A stretch of 64,000 bases of DNA from Mobula hypostoma (taxonomy: Eukaryota): contig NC_086109.1 in assembly GCF_963921235.1 (NCBI RefSeq), positions 4,776,001-4,840,000 of the forward strand, written 5' to 3'. Within the stretch, counting starts at the first letter, position 1. Every line of letters begins with the position of its first letter. The notes beneath the pieces are model-generated. The model had not been told where the DNA came from. It made no database searches and was given only the letters and a program-made list of their open reading frames with translations. The translations under genes were made by a program, and so were the position numbers. Positions 48,335-62,503 of the stretch are shown here, in pieces.

Positions 48335-49057
48335 CAGTGGATTCCAGATAACTGGACACATCAAGACCAGCACATTTTGGCCCAATTAAGTGCTGCCCTA
48401 ATTCGCCGAAGTTTCATGGAAATAGTTAAAAAGGTAGAAAAAAGACAAACTGGGTAACAATAGTAGTACAGTACTATAAAACTGTGTATTAGTTCCCAAA
48501 AGTTATTGATGGAGAAACTCATCCAGTGTCCGCGATGAACCAAAATCAGCGCATAGTGTAGATAATGGACTGCCTCCATACAATACTATTGACGATTGCA
48601 TCCTCCCAAATCTTCGTTTTCATTGTCATATTCAAGATGATTGGCAATACCTTCAAATTCTTTGTAGTTCCTAACTTGTTGAAGTAGTTAAGTAGTTTAA
48701 TTTTTCACTCCTGGTGTTTCTGGCATCCCCAAGCTTGAATGCTTGAAACCACAGTGAGCAAAATAGTTCTGAATTGCCTTACTGATTATTCCTTACTATT
48801 AGTGACAAAAGTCACTGCTTTTTGAACAAAAACAGATGCAACTGATGCTATTTAAAAACTGATTGCTTTAAGCATGGTGTAGCGTCCAACCGCCACACAA
48901 GTGCTAGCAAGAAGCTGCTTGGCAACAGTGTCCTGTCCAATTAAATGGCACAGTGTCCCAAATAAACAAAGGGAGTAATTTTTCAATTAGCTTTTTTTCT
49001 TTAAGAGTTGTCCCAAATAGCAGTTGCCCTGCTGGCGCAATTAGCTGATATCCACAG
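48335..49057. mobile_element. Non-autonomous Tc1/pogo-type DNA transposon
   Basis: TA-flanked imperfect TIRs CAGTGGATTCCAG... / ...GATATCCACAG. Confidence 0.55.
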
Positions 49058-49065
49058 TAAATATA

Positions 49066-49588
49066 CACCCCATGGCCACTTTATTAGGTACAGGAAATGG
49101 AACCCAGTGTGATCTTTTGCTGCTGTGGCCGATCCACTACAAGGTTTGATGCTCAGAAATATTCCCTGCACCTCACTGTTGTAACACGTGGTTATTTGAG
49201 TTACTGCTGCCTCCCTGTCAGCTTCATGGGCCATTCTCCTCTGACCTTTCTCAGTAACAAGATGTTTTTGCCCCCAGAACTGCTGTTCACTGGATATTTT
49301 TCTGTTTCTCACACCATTCTTTGTAGACTCGAAAGACCGTTGTGCGTGAAAATCCCAGGAAATCAACAGTTCCTGAGATAATCAGACCACCCCGTCTGGC
49401 ACCAAAAATCACTCCTCGGTTAGTCTCATTTCTTCCCCATTCTGATATTTGGTCTGGACTAAACCTGAACCTCCTTGAGCATGTTTCCATGCTTTTCTGC
49501 ATTGAGTTGCTGCCACAAGATCGGCCAATTAGGGATTTGCATTAATAAGCAGGATTGCAGGTGCACCTAATAAATTGGCCACTGAGTA
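49066..49588. mobile_element. Internally deleted Tc1-like element
   Basis: TIRs TGGCCACTTTATTAGGTACA / TGCACCTAATAAATTGGCCA; HTH remnant RGVIFGARRGG...LGFSRTTVFRVYKEW. Confidence 0.75.
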
Positions 49589-51149
49589 TATATTTGTTAT
49601 CGTAAATTATAGTAATCTTTATGTATTGCACTAGAGTGCTGCTGCAAAACAACAAATTTCATGACATGTCAGTAATAACAAAGCTGACTCTGATTTACCT
49701 CGTGGGCTGCTTCTGTCAGCATACTGGGTTTGTCCCTTGTGCTTGGAGATCAGTTGCAACATCAAAGCTATTTATAGTCACTATGTTTCTAAAGATCTAA
49801 AGAGGCTGGTTGCAAGTGAAGACAGTCGAGTAGGAACACAAATACATGTCAAAACTAACTGACCACTTCAGCATAGAAGTCAATCAATTAGGTTGAGTGA
49901 GCTAGGGCTTCTCTCTTTGGAGTGAAGGACGATAAGCGGTGACCAAATAGAGATGTACAAGAGGTAGAGATAGAGTGGACAGTCAGAGACTTTTTCTCAG
50001 AGCAGAAATGGCTAATACTGGGATGGATGTCCAGGACCAGGGTGGGGGTGGGTGTCAGATACAGCGTGGAATAGGCCCTACTGACACTTAAAGCCCTGCA
50101 ACCCCTGATTTAACCTAGCCTAATCACAGGACAATTTACAATGACCAATTAACCTACCAACCGGTATGTCTTTGAAATGTGGGAGGAAGCCCATGCAGTC
50201 ATGGGGAGAACGTACAAACTCCTTACAGGCAGCAGTAGGAATTGAACCCAGGTCGCTGGTAATGTAAAGCTTTATGATAACCACTATGCCACTGTACCAC
50301 ACTCTTTTTGCCAAGCTTAGCCTACTAAGATTGCAGCTGACACATGTAGAGGTCAAAGAGTTGTTTGAGTAAATTAAACTCCCAACCAATATTTTTAGTT
50401 CAGCTTCTTGTTGTAAATAGAAGTCAGTTTTCAGTATTTAACTGAAAGCAAAAATCAGTTGGAAGTTAAAAAGTCAGCTTTGCAAACAAACTACACTGTC
50501 CCTGAAACAGGATGCTGGGCTGACTGCTCAAGAGTTACAGTGTAAGACAATGGGGTTATCTTAATTGGCCTGCCACGAACCAGACAACACTGGCTAAATT
50601 GTTTAGTTCAAGGAAGTTGGCAGACCAGATTGATGCTATCACTTAGCACATCAAATAACTGATCTATAGTTGGAACATTTGTGCATTCAGAGGATCTCCT
50701 TTCACAGTATTAATTTTGGACGTCTGGAAGCTCTGACACAAACTTTTAGACTATTTGTGTGGAAAGACATTAGGAAAAATATCACATGTGTAAAGTCACC
50801 CAAATGGCAAAAAAAAACAGTATATAACCATTAGAGAGCACTCAAGCTTGTTAGAAATGATCAAGGAACAGCAAGAAGACAGACAGAAAGAAAGGGTGTC
50901 TAGAATCCATTCCTCTTTGATTCTTGTGACAGACAACTCGTTCATCTGCAACTCATTAGTATATCATTCTAGCTAAAAGAAACTGTACCTGTGTTTTGGA
51001 AATACTTTATGTATTAGAATTTGGAAATCTTTTCTAAGACAGAAAACCTCTGAATTTTAAATATATTTTAGGGGATTTAAACTTGTATCGCTAAAATAAA
51101 TAAACAGTGCTTAAACTGCTTTGTTAGCTGGAATCATCAAGAACAATCA

Positions 51150-54055
51150 TTTGATTAGCTGAGGCTAATGATGGGGGTAGATAAAGTCAGATATATCAGG
51201 ATTCCAGTGGAATGAAGGGAATTACAGAGGCATGAGAGAGGAGCTGGCCAAAGTTGACTGGAAGGGAACACTAGCAGGGATGATGGCAGAACAGCAGTGG
51301 CTGGAATTTCTGGAGGACATTCAGAAGTTGCAGGATAGATATATCCCAAAGGGAGGATGACACAACCGTAAAGAGAGGGCATATAATATAGAAAAGGTTA
51401 ATGGGAAGTTAGAAGGTTGCAATCTTACGAAAAGCAACTAAAAGCCATAAGGAGAGAAAGATGACATGTGAAGATAACCTAACCAATAACATAAAAGAGA
51501 ATACAGAAAGATTTTTCAGATATATAAAGAGTAAAAGAGAGGTGAGAATGCCTATCAAACCACTGGAAATGACCATGGAGAGGTAGTAATGAGGGACAAA
51601 GAAATTGTGGCTGAATTTAATAAATATTTTGCACAGTATCTTCACTGTGGAAGATACTAGCAGTATGTCAGAATCTTGAGAGGGGCAAGGGGCAGAAGTG
51701 AGTATAATTGCTATTACTAAGGGGAGTGTTCTTGGGAAGCTGAAGGTTGGATGACAGATAAGTCATCTGGACCAGATGGACTATACCCCAGGGTTCTGAA
51801 AGAGGCAGCTGAAAAGATTGTGGACGCATCAGTAGTGACCTTTCAAAATCAAACATGAGAAAATCAGCAGATGCTGGAAATCCAAGGCAACACACACAAA
51901 ATGCTGGAGGAACTCAGCAGGTCAGACAGCATCTATGGAAAGAAATAAACAGTCTTCCATGGAAAGGAATAAACATTCATTAGGTTCTGGAAGGGTTGGG
52001 AGAACTTGAAAATTGCAAATGTCACTCCACTCTTTAAGAAGAGAGGGAGGCAGAAGAAAGAAAATTATAGGCCAGTTAGCCCGACTTCAGTGGTTGGGAA
52101 GATGTTGAAGTCTATTATTAAGGATGAGGCTTCGGGGTACTTGGAGGCACATGATAAAATAGGCCAAAGTCAGGATGTTTTCTTTAAGGGGAGATCTTGC
52201 TCGACAAATCCGTTGGAATTCTTTGAGGAAATGACAAGCAAGATTAACAAAGGAGAGTTCGTGACTGTTGCTTACTTAGACTTTCAGACAGCCTTTAACA
52301 AGATGCTGCTCATGCGGGTGCTTAACAAGAGCCAATGGTATTACAGGAAGCATACCAGCATCGATAGAAGATTGGCTGACTGGCAGGAGGCAAAGAGTCG
52401 GAATAAAGGGGGGCTTTTCTGATTGGCTGCCAGTGACTAGTGGTGTTCCGCAGAGGTCAGTGTTAGGAGCACTTCATTTCATGTTATATGTCAATGATCT
52501 GGATGACAGAATTGATGGCTTTGTGACCAAGTTTGCGGACAATATGAAGATATGGGCATACGGTGTTGAGGAAGCAGCAAGTCTGCATAAGGACAGACAG
52601 ATTGGGAGAATGGGCAAAGAAGTGACAGATGGAATATAGTGTAGGAAAGTGTATGCTGCAAGTCTGCACGTTGGTAGAAGGAATAAAGTCGTAGATTATT
52701 TTTTAGATGTAAGGGGTTTCTTTTTTTATGTCACTGTGTAGTCTAATTAAAATGGCTTCTTTGTTATGTTATAATTGAAAGGGCTTCTTTGTTATGTTAA
52801 CTGCTGAGAAAGCCCTTCCCGCTAGCAGTTTGTTTTGGATTATCTATTGATAAGAGGACGAATGAACCAATTGCGATAGTTGTTATTCTTTTGGTGTTTC
52901 TGTAAGATATTGTATGCGCGGGGTTTTTGGGGGGAAGGCGGGAGAGAGAGACAGAGGATGGACCAGGAGCTGTGAGTCTGCTAACAGGGTCGGACCCCGA
53001 GCGGGGCATTCGGCAAGGAGAGGAGACGGAGACGGACTCGTGTGGAGCGTCTGGTCGACCACCGTTGTTGGTCCCAGGTGGCCAGTCGAGGTGGTCCGAG
53101 GGGTCGCAGGGTGAGGAAGAAGGGTCCTGAGCTCCAACTGTTTGTGCACAAAGAGCTTGAACTTTGATAAGTGTGGCTCCTTTGATTTTCCTTTTATATT
53201 TTATTCTCTATTAATTATATAGTTCCAATAATATCTATAAACTGTAAATCATTTAATCGTATCTGGTGTACTGTCTGTTATTTGGGCGGGGTGGGGTACA
53301 TCACACAGCATCCACACAAATTGATTACTCAGTTTCGCGGGGCCTTGGGCTGTTTCCCTAGGCGACAGCGAGCCGAGCGACCCTGAGGCTGGCCGGGGGT
53401 GGGGGAGGGGGGGCTACATAAACATGCAAAAAATTCAAAGATCTGAGTTGCAAAGGGACTTGGGAATTGTGCAAGATTTCCTAAACGTTAATTTGTAGGT
53501 TGAGTCAGTGGTTTCGAAATTTAACATTAATTTCAAAAGGACTGAATAAAAGAGGAACGATGTGATGCTGATGTTTTATAAGGCATTGGTTAGACCACAG
53601 AGTATTGTGAGCAGTTTTGGACTACTTTTCTAAGAAAATATGTGCTGGCATTGGAGAGGGTTAGAAGAGATTCACAAGAATGATTCCAGGCATGAAAGGG
53701 TTAATGTATGAGGATCATTTGATGGGTGTGGGCCTGTATGCGTTGGGAGTTTAGAAATATGAGGGCACACCCTCAGAACAGAGGGACATCCATTCAGATA
53801 AGAGATAAGGAGGAATTTCTTTAGCTAGAGGGCGGTGAATATATGCTGCAGACAACTGTAGATGCTAAGTCATTGGGTAAATTTAAAGTGGAGGCTGATA
53901 GGTTCTTGATTAGACAGGGTGTCAAGAGTTATGGGGAGAAGGCAGGAGAGTGGAGTTAAATCAGCCATGATGGAATGATGCAGCAGAGTCGATGGGCCAA
54001 ATGGCTTAATTCTGGCTTTGTTTCGAATGGCTTAATCCTGCTCCTATGTCTTAAA
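51150..54055 (+). mobile_element. Degenerate CR1 LINE interrupted by a Penelope repeat piece and a solo LTR
   Basis: ORFs 52006-52422 and 52433-52639 carry RT motifs; CR1 resumes after 53418. Confidence 0.85.
52708..53418. mobile_element. Solo LTR (711 bp)
   Basis: TGTA...TACA termini, 4-bp flanks TAGA/TAAA, cleanly interrupts a CR1. Confidence 0.75.
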
Positions 54056-54334
54056 GTCTTATCGAAGCATCTCCTCATTGGTAGGTGGGGCGGGGTGGTG
54101 GTGAATGGAATCCACCACTTAAATAGTGGGTATTGGCAGCTAAGTTCTCTAAGCAGGGAAGTGATCTGGCCTTTGAAAAGCAGGTGGCTACAGTAGAACA
54201 TCAGAAGACAGTAGAAATCGGTAGGAATTGTAGGGGGTCTAGTGTGACTGGTCAAGGACGACAAATGCAGCATGCTACCACCCACTCTGGACTCCCTACA
54301 GTTTCCCTCCCGACACAACCGATTATAGATGACA

Positions 54335-55490
54335 CAATAGCCATAGCTCCACATACTGTCCTTACACATTTGGAGAAGATAGATGCTTATTTGAGAATGC
54401 TGTTCTTGGACTAGAATTCAGCATTCAACACCATAATTCCGTCCAGGCTCAACATGAAGCTCAGAGACCTCAGCCTTCACCCCGCCTTGTGTAGCTGGAT
54501 CCTGGACTGGTGGCAGGTTGCCAGCAGCTGGTAAGAGTGGGCTTCCTCACCTCAGCCTCTCAACACAGGAGCCCCTCAGGGCTGTGTCCTAAGCCTCCCC
54601 CTTTACTCTCTGTATACCATGACTGTATCGCCACCCACAGCTCCAATCTGCTAATTAAATTTGCTGATGATACTACATTGATTGGCCTAATCTCAAATAA
54701 TAACGAGGCAGCCTACAAAGAAGAAGTCATCTCTCTGACACAGTGGTGTCAAAAAAAAAACCTCTCCCTCAATGTCGCAAAAACAAAGGAGCTGGTTGTG
54801 GATTACAGGAGGAATGGAGACAGGCTAACCCCTATTGACATCAATGGATCTGGGGTTGAGAGGGTAAACAGCTTCAAGTTCCTCGGCATCCACATCATCG
54901 AGGATCTCACGTCATCTGTACATACCGGCTGTGTGGTGAAAAAAGCACAACAGCACCTCTTTCACCTCAGATGATTGAGGAAGTTTGGTATGGGCCCCCA
55001 AATCTGAAGGATTTTCTACAGGGGCACAATTGAGAGCATCCTGACTGGCAGCTTCACTGCCTGGTATGGGAACTGCATTTCCCTCAATCACAGGACTCTG
55101 CAGAGAGTGGTGCGGACAGCCCAGCGCATCTGTAGTTGTGAACTTCTCACTATTCAGGACATTTACAAAGACAGGTGTGTAAAAAGGACCTGAAGGATCA
55201 TTGGGGACCCAAGTCACCCCAACCACAAACTGTTCCAGCTGCTACTATCCGGGAAATGGTATCGCAGCATAAAAGCCAGGACCAACAGGCTCCGGGATAG
55301 CTTCTTCCACCAGGCCATCAGACTGATTAATTCATGCCGATACAATTGTATTTCAGTGTTATATTGACTGTCATTGTACATACTATTCATTATAGATTAC
55401 TATAAATCGCACATTTAGATGGAGACATAACGTAAAGATTTTTACTCATGTATATGAGGGATGTAAGAAACAAAGCCAATTCAATTCAAC
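54335..55490 (+). mobile_element. Rex1/Babar-like LINE 3' fragment
   Basis: YLRMLFLD, IKFADDTT, TKELVVDYRR, FKFLGI. Confidence 0.85.
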
Positions 55491-57204
55491 TCCCTTTAGT
55501 TTTTTTTACCCAGAGGATCATGGATGCATGGAATGAGCTGCCAGGGTGGTGGTAGAGGCAAATACATTAGGGATATTTAAATAATTCCTAGATAGGTACA
55601 CGGGTGATAGAAAAGAAGAGGACCTGTGATCTTAGAGTACTGTATTTATCGATGTGGAGCAGAGTGAGTGCGTAAATCTGGCGGGAGCAAAGGATGTTGG
55701 GAAAGGTGGGGATGGAGCACCACGGGGAGGGGTGTGGGACAGGTGGCAGAGAAGGAGTGCCGGGGTGGGGGTGGGGTGGATGCAGACATACCCAGCCCTG
55801 AGACACCAGGCAATGTCAATGGATTCCAAACAATTGGTTACTTGATCATTACAGAATGTCTCTCTGATGCCTCCTGCTCCCTCCCCTCTCCCTTCCCCTT
55901 TTCCCAACCACAATTCCCCTCTCCCTGCCCCCTTCCCACTCTCAGTCCACAACAGAGACCCCTATCAGAATCAGGGTCATCATCACTCCCACATGTCATG
56001 AAATTTGTTTTTTTGTGGCAGCAGTACAGTGCAATTCAAAAATTACTATAGTACTGTGTAAAATCCTTAAGCATCCAAAGCTGTATATACGTGCCTCAGA
56101 CTCCTGCACAGTACTATAGGTTATAAGGTCAGCACAACATCATGGGCTAAAGGGCCTGTACTGTGTCACTAGTGTTCTACAGCATGTTCTAATTCTACAG
56201 ACACCCATGGAAATAAATAACTATCTTATGCTTGGTCAAAGCTTACCTAATCAAGCATTGTACAATTCAAATTTTGCTAATTGTTTACTCTAAGTGGTTC
56301 ACTATATGTGTCTTACTAATCCATAGTCCATTCATATTGCACGCTTACACAGCTACACTATTCCATTGTGTGTCACGTTGTGTCACTTACAGCTTACTGT
56401 TGAAATCAATTGTATGAGGCGAGGTTTGCATGCAGTTAGAGATCAACTCGTTCTGTATGATGCAGACTCTATTTCCTCCGCAAGATTTTCTCAGATAGGG
56501 TTTTCAGATAATGCTTTAAGTAAATAGGAAACATATTTGAAGCAATTTGTTACTTTACCAAATATGTGGTCTCTGAAGTTATTATGCTCCTATGTTAGAT
56601 TTTGGGTAATCGTCTGAACTTTTGTTTATTGGGAGAATGGAAATCACATTGGCTAATTTTCGGATGACTGGGGATATGGAAAATCTCTTTTTTTTTGGAA
56701 AAAATAGGAGAAACTTTGGACATTTTACACAAACTCAAATGTCTTAATTTGCCAACAAATGTTAGTCAGCTGCTCTACAATGAAGGATCCAAAGAGGGAG
56801 CAGTCATGGGGGTCCTGTGGAAGCTAAGCCAGATCTTAGCTGAAGGACAATGGCTGAAAGAAGCTTGGGTAAATGTTAGCATTCATGTTTTGATTTCTGG
56901 AGATACTGTTTAGATATTTCAATGCTGAAGCATTTTTAATAATCTTTGAATGATAAAGCCTGGAGACTAGATACCTGCCCTGGAGTTGGACGACTGTCCG
57001 TATAGTGGGTGTCTGGGAGGAACGGGGCTTGTTTTGCTGTTGTTGTTTTGTTGCTTGTTGTGCTCTGGGTTGTTCTGCCAAGTATTGTGGGCATACTATG
57101 TTGGTGCTGGAAAGTGGGCTGCCCCCACCACATCTTTAGGTTGTGTTGGTAAACAATGCAGTTCATGTTTTAATAAATAAATCTGAAAATGATCCAAATT
57201 CTCC

Positions 57205-57520
57205 GAGAGGACTACAACCTTGTTGTAGGGTTTGGAGGCTTGAGTACCTCAATGACCTGGAGAGCTATGATGACTGGAGTCAGGGCCTCGTGCTTTGGCT
57301 GTTGGAAGGGTCACCCATGCTAGACCGGTCAAAGGATAAAAGCCAGGCTAAGAGTGGCCCACCGGACCTCCAGGTTTAGGGGTTCAGTTCAGAGCAAACA
57401 ACCCCGACTGATCAAGAAACAATTGTTATGAAAACAACAATGAAGAATCCTTCTGTACAGACAGAGATGGAGGATCTTCATTGCTGCCCTAAACGCCAGC
57501 GGCATAATGGGCAACCAGAA
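57205..57520 (+). mobile_element. RTE-derived short element (BovB/Expander-like 5' end)
   Basis: CCTTGTTGTAGG...GGCTTGAGTACCTCAATGA...AGGGTCACCCA resembles RTE 5' UTRs (pattern recognition only). Confidence 0.5.
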
Positions 57521-58014
57521 AGTAAATGATTGACAAACATTTAGACACTGACGAATATTTCGAGACTGACAACTTGTTAAACCAAAGCAGACACCAAATA
57601 TGAGATATACTACTGTTTGCTTAATTAACAGGGAATACTCTTTATAGGGATGCAGCTATAAAGAGGGCATGACATTCAGGAGTTTGAGGAGATTTGGTTT
57701 GTCACCTAAAACATTCGAAAACTTCTGCAGATGTACAGTGAGAGCATTCTGACAGGTTGCATCACTGTCTGGTATGGGTGGGGGGCTACTGTACAGGACT
57801 GAAGTAAGCTGCAGAGAGGTATAACATTAGTGAGCTTCAGCGCGAATACTGGCCTCCATAGCTTCCAAGGCATCTGCGGAATCTCTTGCACTTAGGGTAG
57901 TAGAATCAGTGTTGACGTCTGTGAGAGCGGGAGTAGGTTACACAAAAACAGCAGGGGAAATGGGATAACTCAGAGACCCAGCTGAATCTCAAGGGGCAGA
58001 GTGGTCTCCATGTA

Positions 58015-58785
58015 TTAGGTAGGTCAAATATGATGGCAGAATATAGTATTAATGGTAAGACTCTTGGCAGTGTGGAGGATCAGAGGGATCTTGGGGTCCG
58101 AGTACATTGGATGCTCAAATCAGCTGTGCAGGTTGACTCTGTGGTTAAGAAGGAATACGGTGTATTGGCCTTCATCAATTGTGGAATTGAATTTAGGAGC
58201 TGAGAGGTAATGTTGCAGCTATATAGGAAGCTAGTCAGACCCCGCTTGGAGTACTGTGCTCAGTTCTGGTTGCCTCACTACAGGAAGGATGTGGAAACCA
58301 TAGGAAGGGTGCAGAGAAGATTTACAAGGATGTTGCCTGGGTTGGGGAGCATGCCTTATGTGAATAGGTGGAGTGAACTTGGCCTTTTCTCCTTGGAATG
58401 ACAAAGGATGAGAGGTGACCTGATAGAGGTGTGTAAGGTGACGAGAGGCATTGATCGTGTGGATAGTCAGAGGCCTTCTTCCCAGGGCTGAAATGGTTGC
58501 CACAAGAGGACACAGGTTTGAGGTGCTTGGGAGTAGGTACAGAGGAGATGTCAGGGGCAAATTTTTTTTACGCAGAGTGGTGAGTGCTTGGAACGGGCTG
58601 CCGGCAACGGTGGTGGAGGCGGATACGATAGGGTCTTTTAAGAGACTTTTGGATAGGTGCATGGAGCTTAGAAAAATAGAGGGCTATGGGTAAGCCTAGT
58701 AATTTCTAAGGTAGGGAAATGTTCGGCACAACTTTGTGTGCTGAAGGGCCTGTATTGTGCTGTAGGTTTTCTATGTTTCTATGTC
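58015..58785 (+). mobile_element. CR1 LINE 3' fragment
   Basis: LVRPRLEYCAQFW..., ATRGHRF..., tandem TTCTATG tail. Confidence 0.88.
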
Positions 58786-61700
58786 TATTGCAGGAAGAGA
58801 TATGAAATCGTAATCTTAAGTAGGTAAATCACAGAATTGTATAGCATAGAAACAAGCCCTTTGTCCTAATTCATCATACTAACCCAAGTCCCTATCTATA
58901 CCAATCCCATCGCCTACGTTTGACCCACATCCCTCTTTCCTAAGTACCTGTCGTTTTTAATGTTTTTAAAGGTAGTAACTAGACCCACATCTTCCACTTT
59001 GATTTCTCTTGAATCTACGATGGCACATGGATGATAGAACAATGGAGAGTCACTTGGGAGGGAAAAGTTAGACTGATCTTGGAGCAGGTTAAAGGGTTGG
59101 CACAACACTGTGGGCTGAAAGGGCCTGTACTGTGCTGTAGTGTCCTATGTTCTATCTTGTTTTCTGGCAGAAGACCAATCTTCCATCAATGATAATATCC
59201 TTGACACTATGAGACCTAATTTGGAGGTACTATATCAAGGCAGCAAATACACTGTAGTCACAAGTTCCCCTTTATCCATCCCACTGCTCACTTTCTCAAA
59301 ATTCTAACAAATTTGTTAAATGTTATTTTCTTCTCATAGAATCACTTTGATTCAACCTAATGAGAATAGTTCAAAGTGTTCTGATGCTATTAGTCATGTA
59401 CTGCCTTCTGAAAGGAGCTGAAGGGAACATTTTTTCTCCCAAGAGAGCCATAAATCTTTGGAACTCTCCCTTAAAAGACAGTGGGAACAGTCTTGTAATA
59501 GTTTTGATGCAGAGGTAGACAGCACATAGAGGGCGAGGGAAATAGGTGAGGGTTCACAGGTACATACAAATGCTAAATTTACAATTACAATACAGCTATA
59601 ATATTAAATGAAAGAATAGGTTTAAGGGGCCAAAAAGCTGACTCCTTCACCTCATTCAAACGAGCATAAAGCATTACAATACGGTAGGGACCCTTCTGCC
59701 CATCATGTTGTACTGGCCTTTTAAACTCCTCTAAGATCAATCCAACCCTTCCCTCCCACATAGCCCTCCATTTTTCTCTCATCCATGTGCCTATCTAAGA
59801 GTTTCTTAAATGTCTCTAATGATCTGCCTCTAATGCCACACTCGGCAGTGTGCTCATGCACCTACAACTCTCTGCACAAAACCTACTTCTGACTTCTTAC
59901 CCATACTTCTTATCAATCATCTTAAAATTATACCCTCTATTATTCGTCATTTTTGTCTTGGGAAAAAGTCTCTGGCTGTCACTTTGTCTCTTACCATCTT
60001 GTATATCTCTATAAGGTCACCTCTCATCCTTCTCTCCAAAGGGAATAGCCCAGTCTCGCTCAACCTATGCTCTTAAGATGTGCTCTCTAAACCAGGAAGC
60101 AATCTGGTAAATCTCCTCTGCACCCTCTCTAAAGCTTCCACAGCTTTCCTATAATGAAGGAACCAAAACTGAACACAATATTTAAATGTGGTCTAACCAG
60201 GGTTTTATAGAGCTACAATATTATCCTGTGGCTCTTGATTTCAATGTCTAGGTTAATGAAGACCATCCAAAGTGAATCACCATACTTCTCTGGGTTGAAC
60301 CCCATCTGCCACTTCTCAGCCAGCATGGAATCCTATCAATGTCCTTTTGTAACCCATGACAATCTTCTACGCTATACTCAACACTATCAGCTTTTGTGTC
60401 ATCTGCAAACTGACCCTTCCACTTCCTCATTTAAATCACTATGTCTTCCTTGTACAGATCCCACTTACATGGAAGAGATCCCAAGGATCCAGGTCTGAAG
60501 CCCCCCCCCCCCCACCAGATTATTAGTCATGAATTCTACTCTACTGTCTTCCTACTTCTGGACTCACCAGCCCAACTTTAACTTCTAAGAGACCCACACT
60601 TACATTTGCTCTTCCCTTCTGTTTTACAGATCGATAAAAGCACTTACAGCCTGTCTTTATATCTTCGTTCTCATTATCAATTTTCTTCCTCTATTTATAT
60701 TTTAGGTAGTAATTTGTGGTTCCCGACATTTCTAAATGGGCTATTTTAAACAAAATCATAAACTCTTTTGAATGTAAAGCCTCCTTATTTTTAACTAACC
60801 GCTAACTGACATCCTAAAGCAACCGCTAACAGCCAGCGTGCCCTTCATCCTTTGCAAATGGATTTAAGTTTAAATGGAAAAGATTTTAGTTTTAGACTTA
60901 AATTTATTGTTCCCAAATTCATTCTCTTTTTCACAAAACAACTTTTTTTTGGGTCTGAGGATTGTAGTAAGGTCGGCATCCTTTGGTTCCCTCCAAGTGG
61001 AGAGCATCTTTTTGAACTGCTGATGATGTCAGGAAAATTTAGACACCCAGGCACATTCAGTTGTGAACGTTGATTATCCAGATATCCCATTCGTGTCTAT
61101 GGTTATCACCTTGTTACAAGTAGGAAATCTACCATTCTTCCTTTCAATTTCTCACCCACTGCTTCACAACAAGCCTCAACTGGGGAGAAGTGTAGCTGGT
61201 TGTCCCCCAGAAGTATTCAATGTACCTGCTGATCAGGAACATTTCTCACCCATTTAAATTTTATGTCATTTATCCCCTTTGCAATTGTCTACTCTCTACC
61301 TGGAGTTGTATGGACATGCAATTGGAAAACAGTGGTTAATTTAGAACATAGAACAGTACATCACAGCAACAGGTCCTACGGCCCAGAGTGTTGTGCTGAC
61401 TAAAATAAATTAGTAATCTAATAGCCAACTAAAGTAATCCCTTCTGCCTACACAATGTCCATATTCTTCCATTGTCCTCATTTCTCCATTGCTCTTTTCT
61501 CACTGCTGCCATCAGGAAGGTGGTACAGGAGCCTCAGGACTCACACCACCATGTTCAGGAATGGTTATGACCCCTCAACCATCAGGTTCTTGAACCAGAG
61601 GGGATAACTTCACTTGCCCCATCAATGAAAGGACTCTTCATTTCACGTTCTTGATACTTATTGCTTATTTATTATTATTATTATTTCTTTACTTTTGTAT

Positions 61701-62503
61701 TTGCAGAGTTTATTGTCTTGTGTACATTGGTTAAACACCCCAGTCGGTGCGGTCTTTCATTGATTCTGTTCTAGTTATTACTCTATGGATTTATTGAGTT
61801 TGTCTGTGAGACAATGAATGACAATGATGTATATAGTTCAAAGTTCAAAGTTCAAAGTCATTTTATTATCAAAGTACATATATGTTACTATGTACAATCC
61901 TGAGATTCATTTTATTAGTGACATATATCTACATTGACAATAAATTTACTTTGAAAATTCTTATGCCTATTTAAATGTCGCTTAAAAGTCCTTAATGTAT
62001 CTAAGTTATCTAATTTGTTCCCAACATACCCAATTAATCTAATGTGCCTAATTTGTTTAAAATTAGCATTTGATTATTTAGATGCTGCATTTTAGAATAA
62101 GTACATTTGCCATACAATGAGTCAGTTTCAGTGATCAGTCAATATTCTTGACATTGATCAGTTATGAATGTGAAGCTTCAACATGACTATCTGCAGTTCT
62201 GAGGTCGGAGATAAAATGTGAGAAGTGGGAAGGGTAAAAGCTGAGTTTGCAAATGGCAAAGAGGGGAATGATAAGCATGAGGAAGGTTTTTAAAGGACAG
62301 GGGAAAGAATAAGTGAAACAGAAGGTGGAAAACAGTACAGCATAGTCCAGTCCCTTCCACCTACCTTTTAATCTACTCTGAGGTCAATCTAACCCTTCCT
62401 TCCCACACAGTCTTCCATCCGCGTTCCTATGCTTAAGAGTCTGTTAACTGTCCCTAATGTATCTGCCTCCCCCTGTACTTTTCACCAATCACCTTAAAAC
62501 CTC

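Noticed and set aside
60845..61257. ORFs in unique sequence as PFKFB exons
   Set aside because: No resemblance to PFKFB kinase, phosphatase or known tail sequences.
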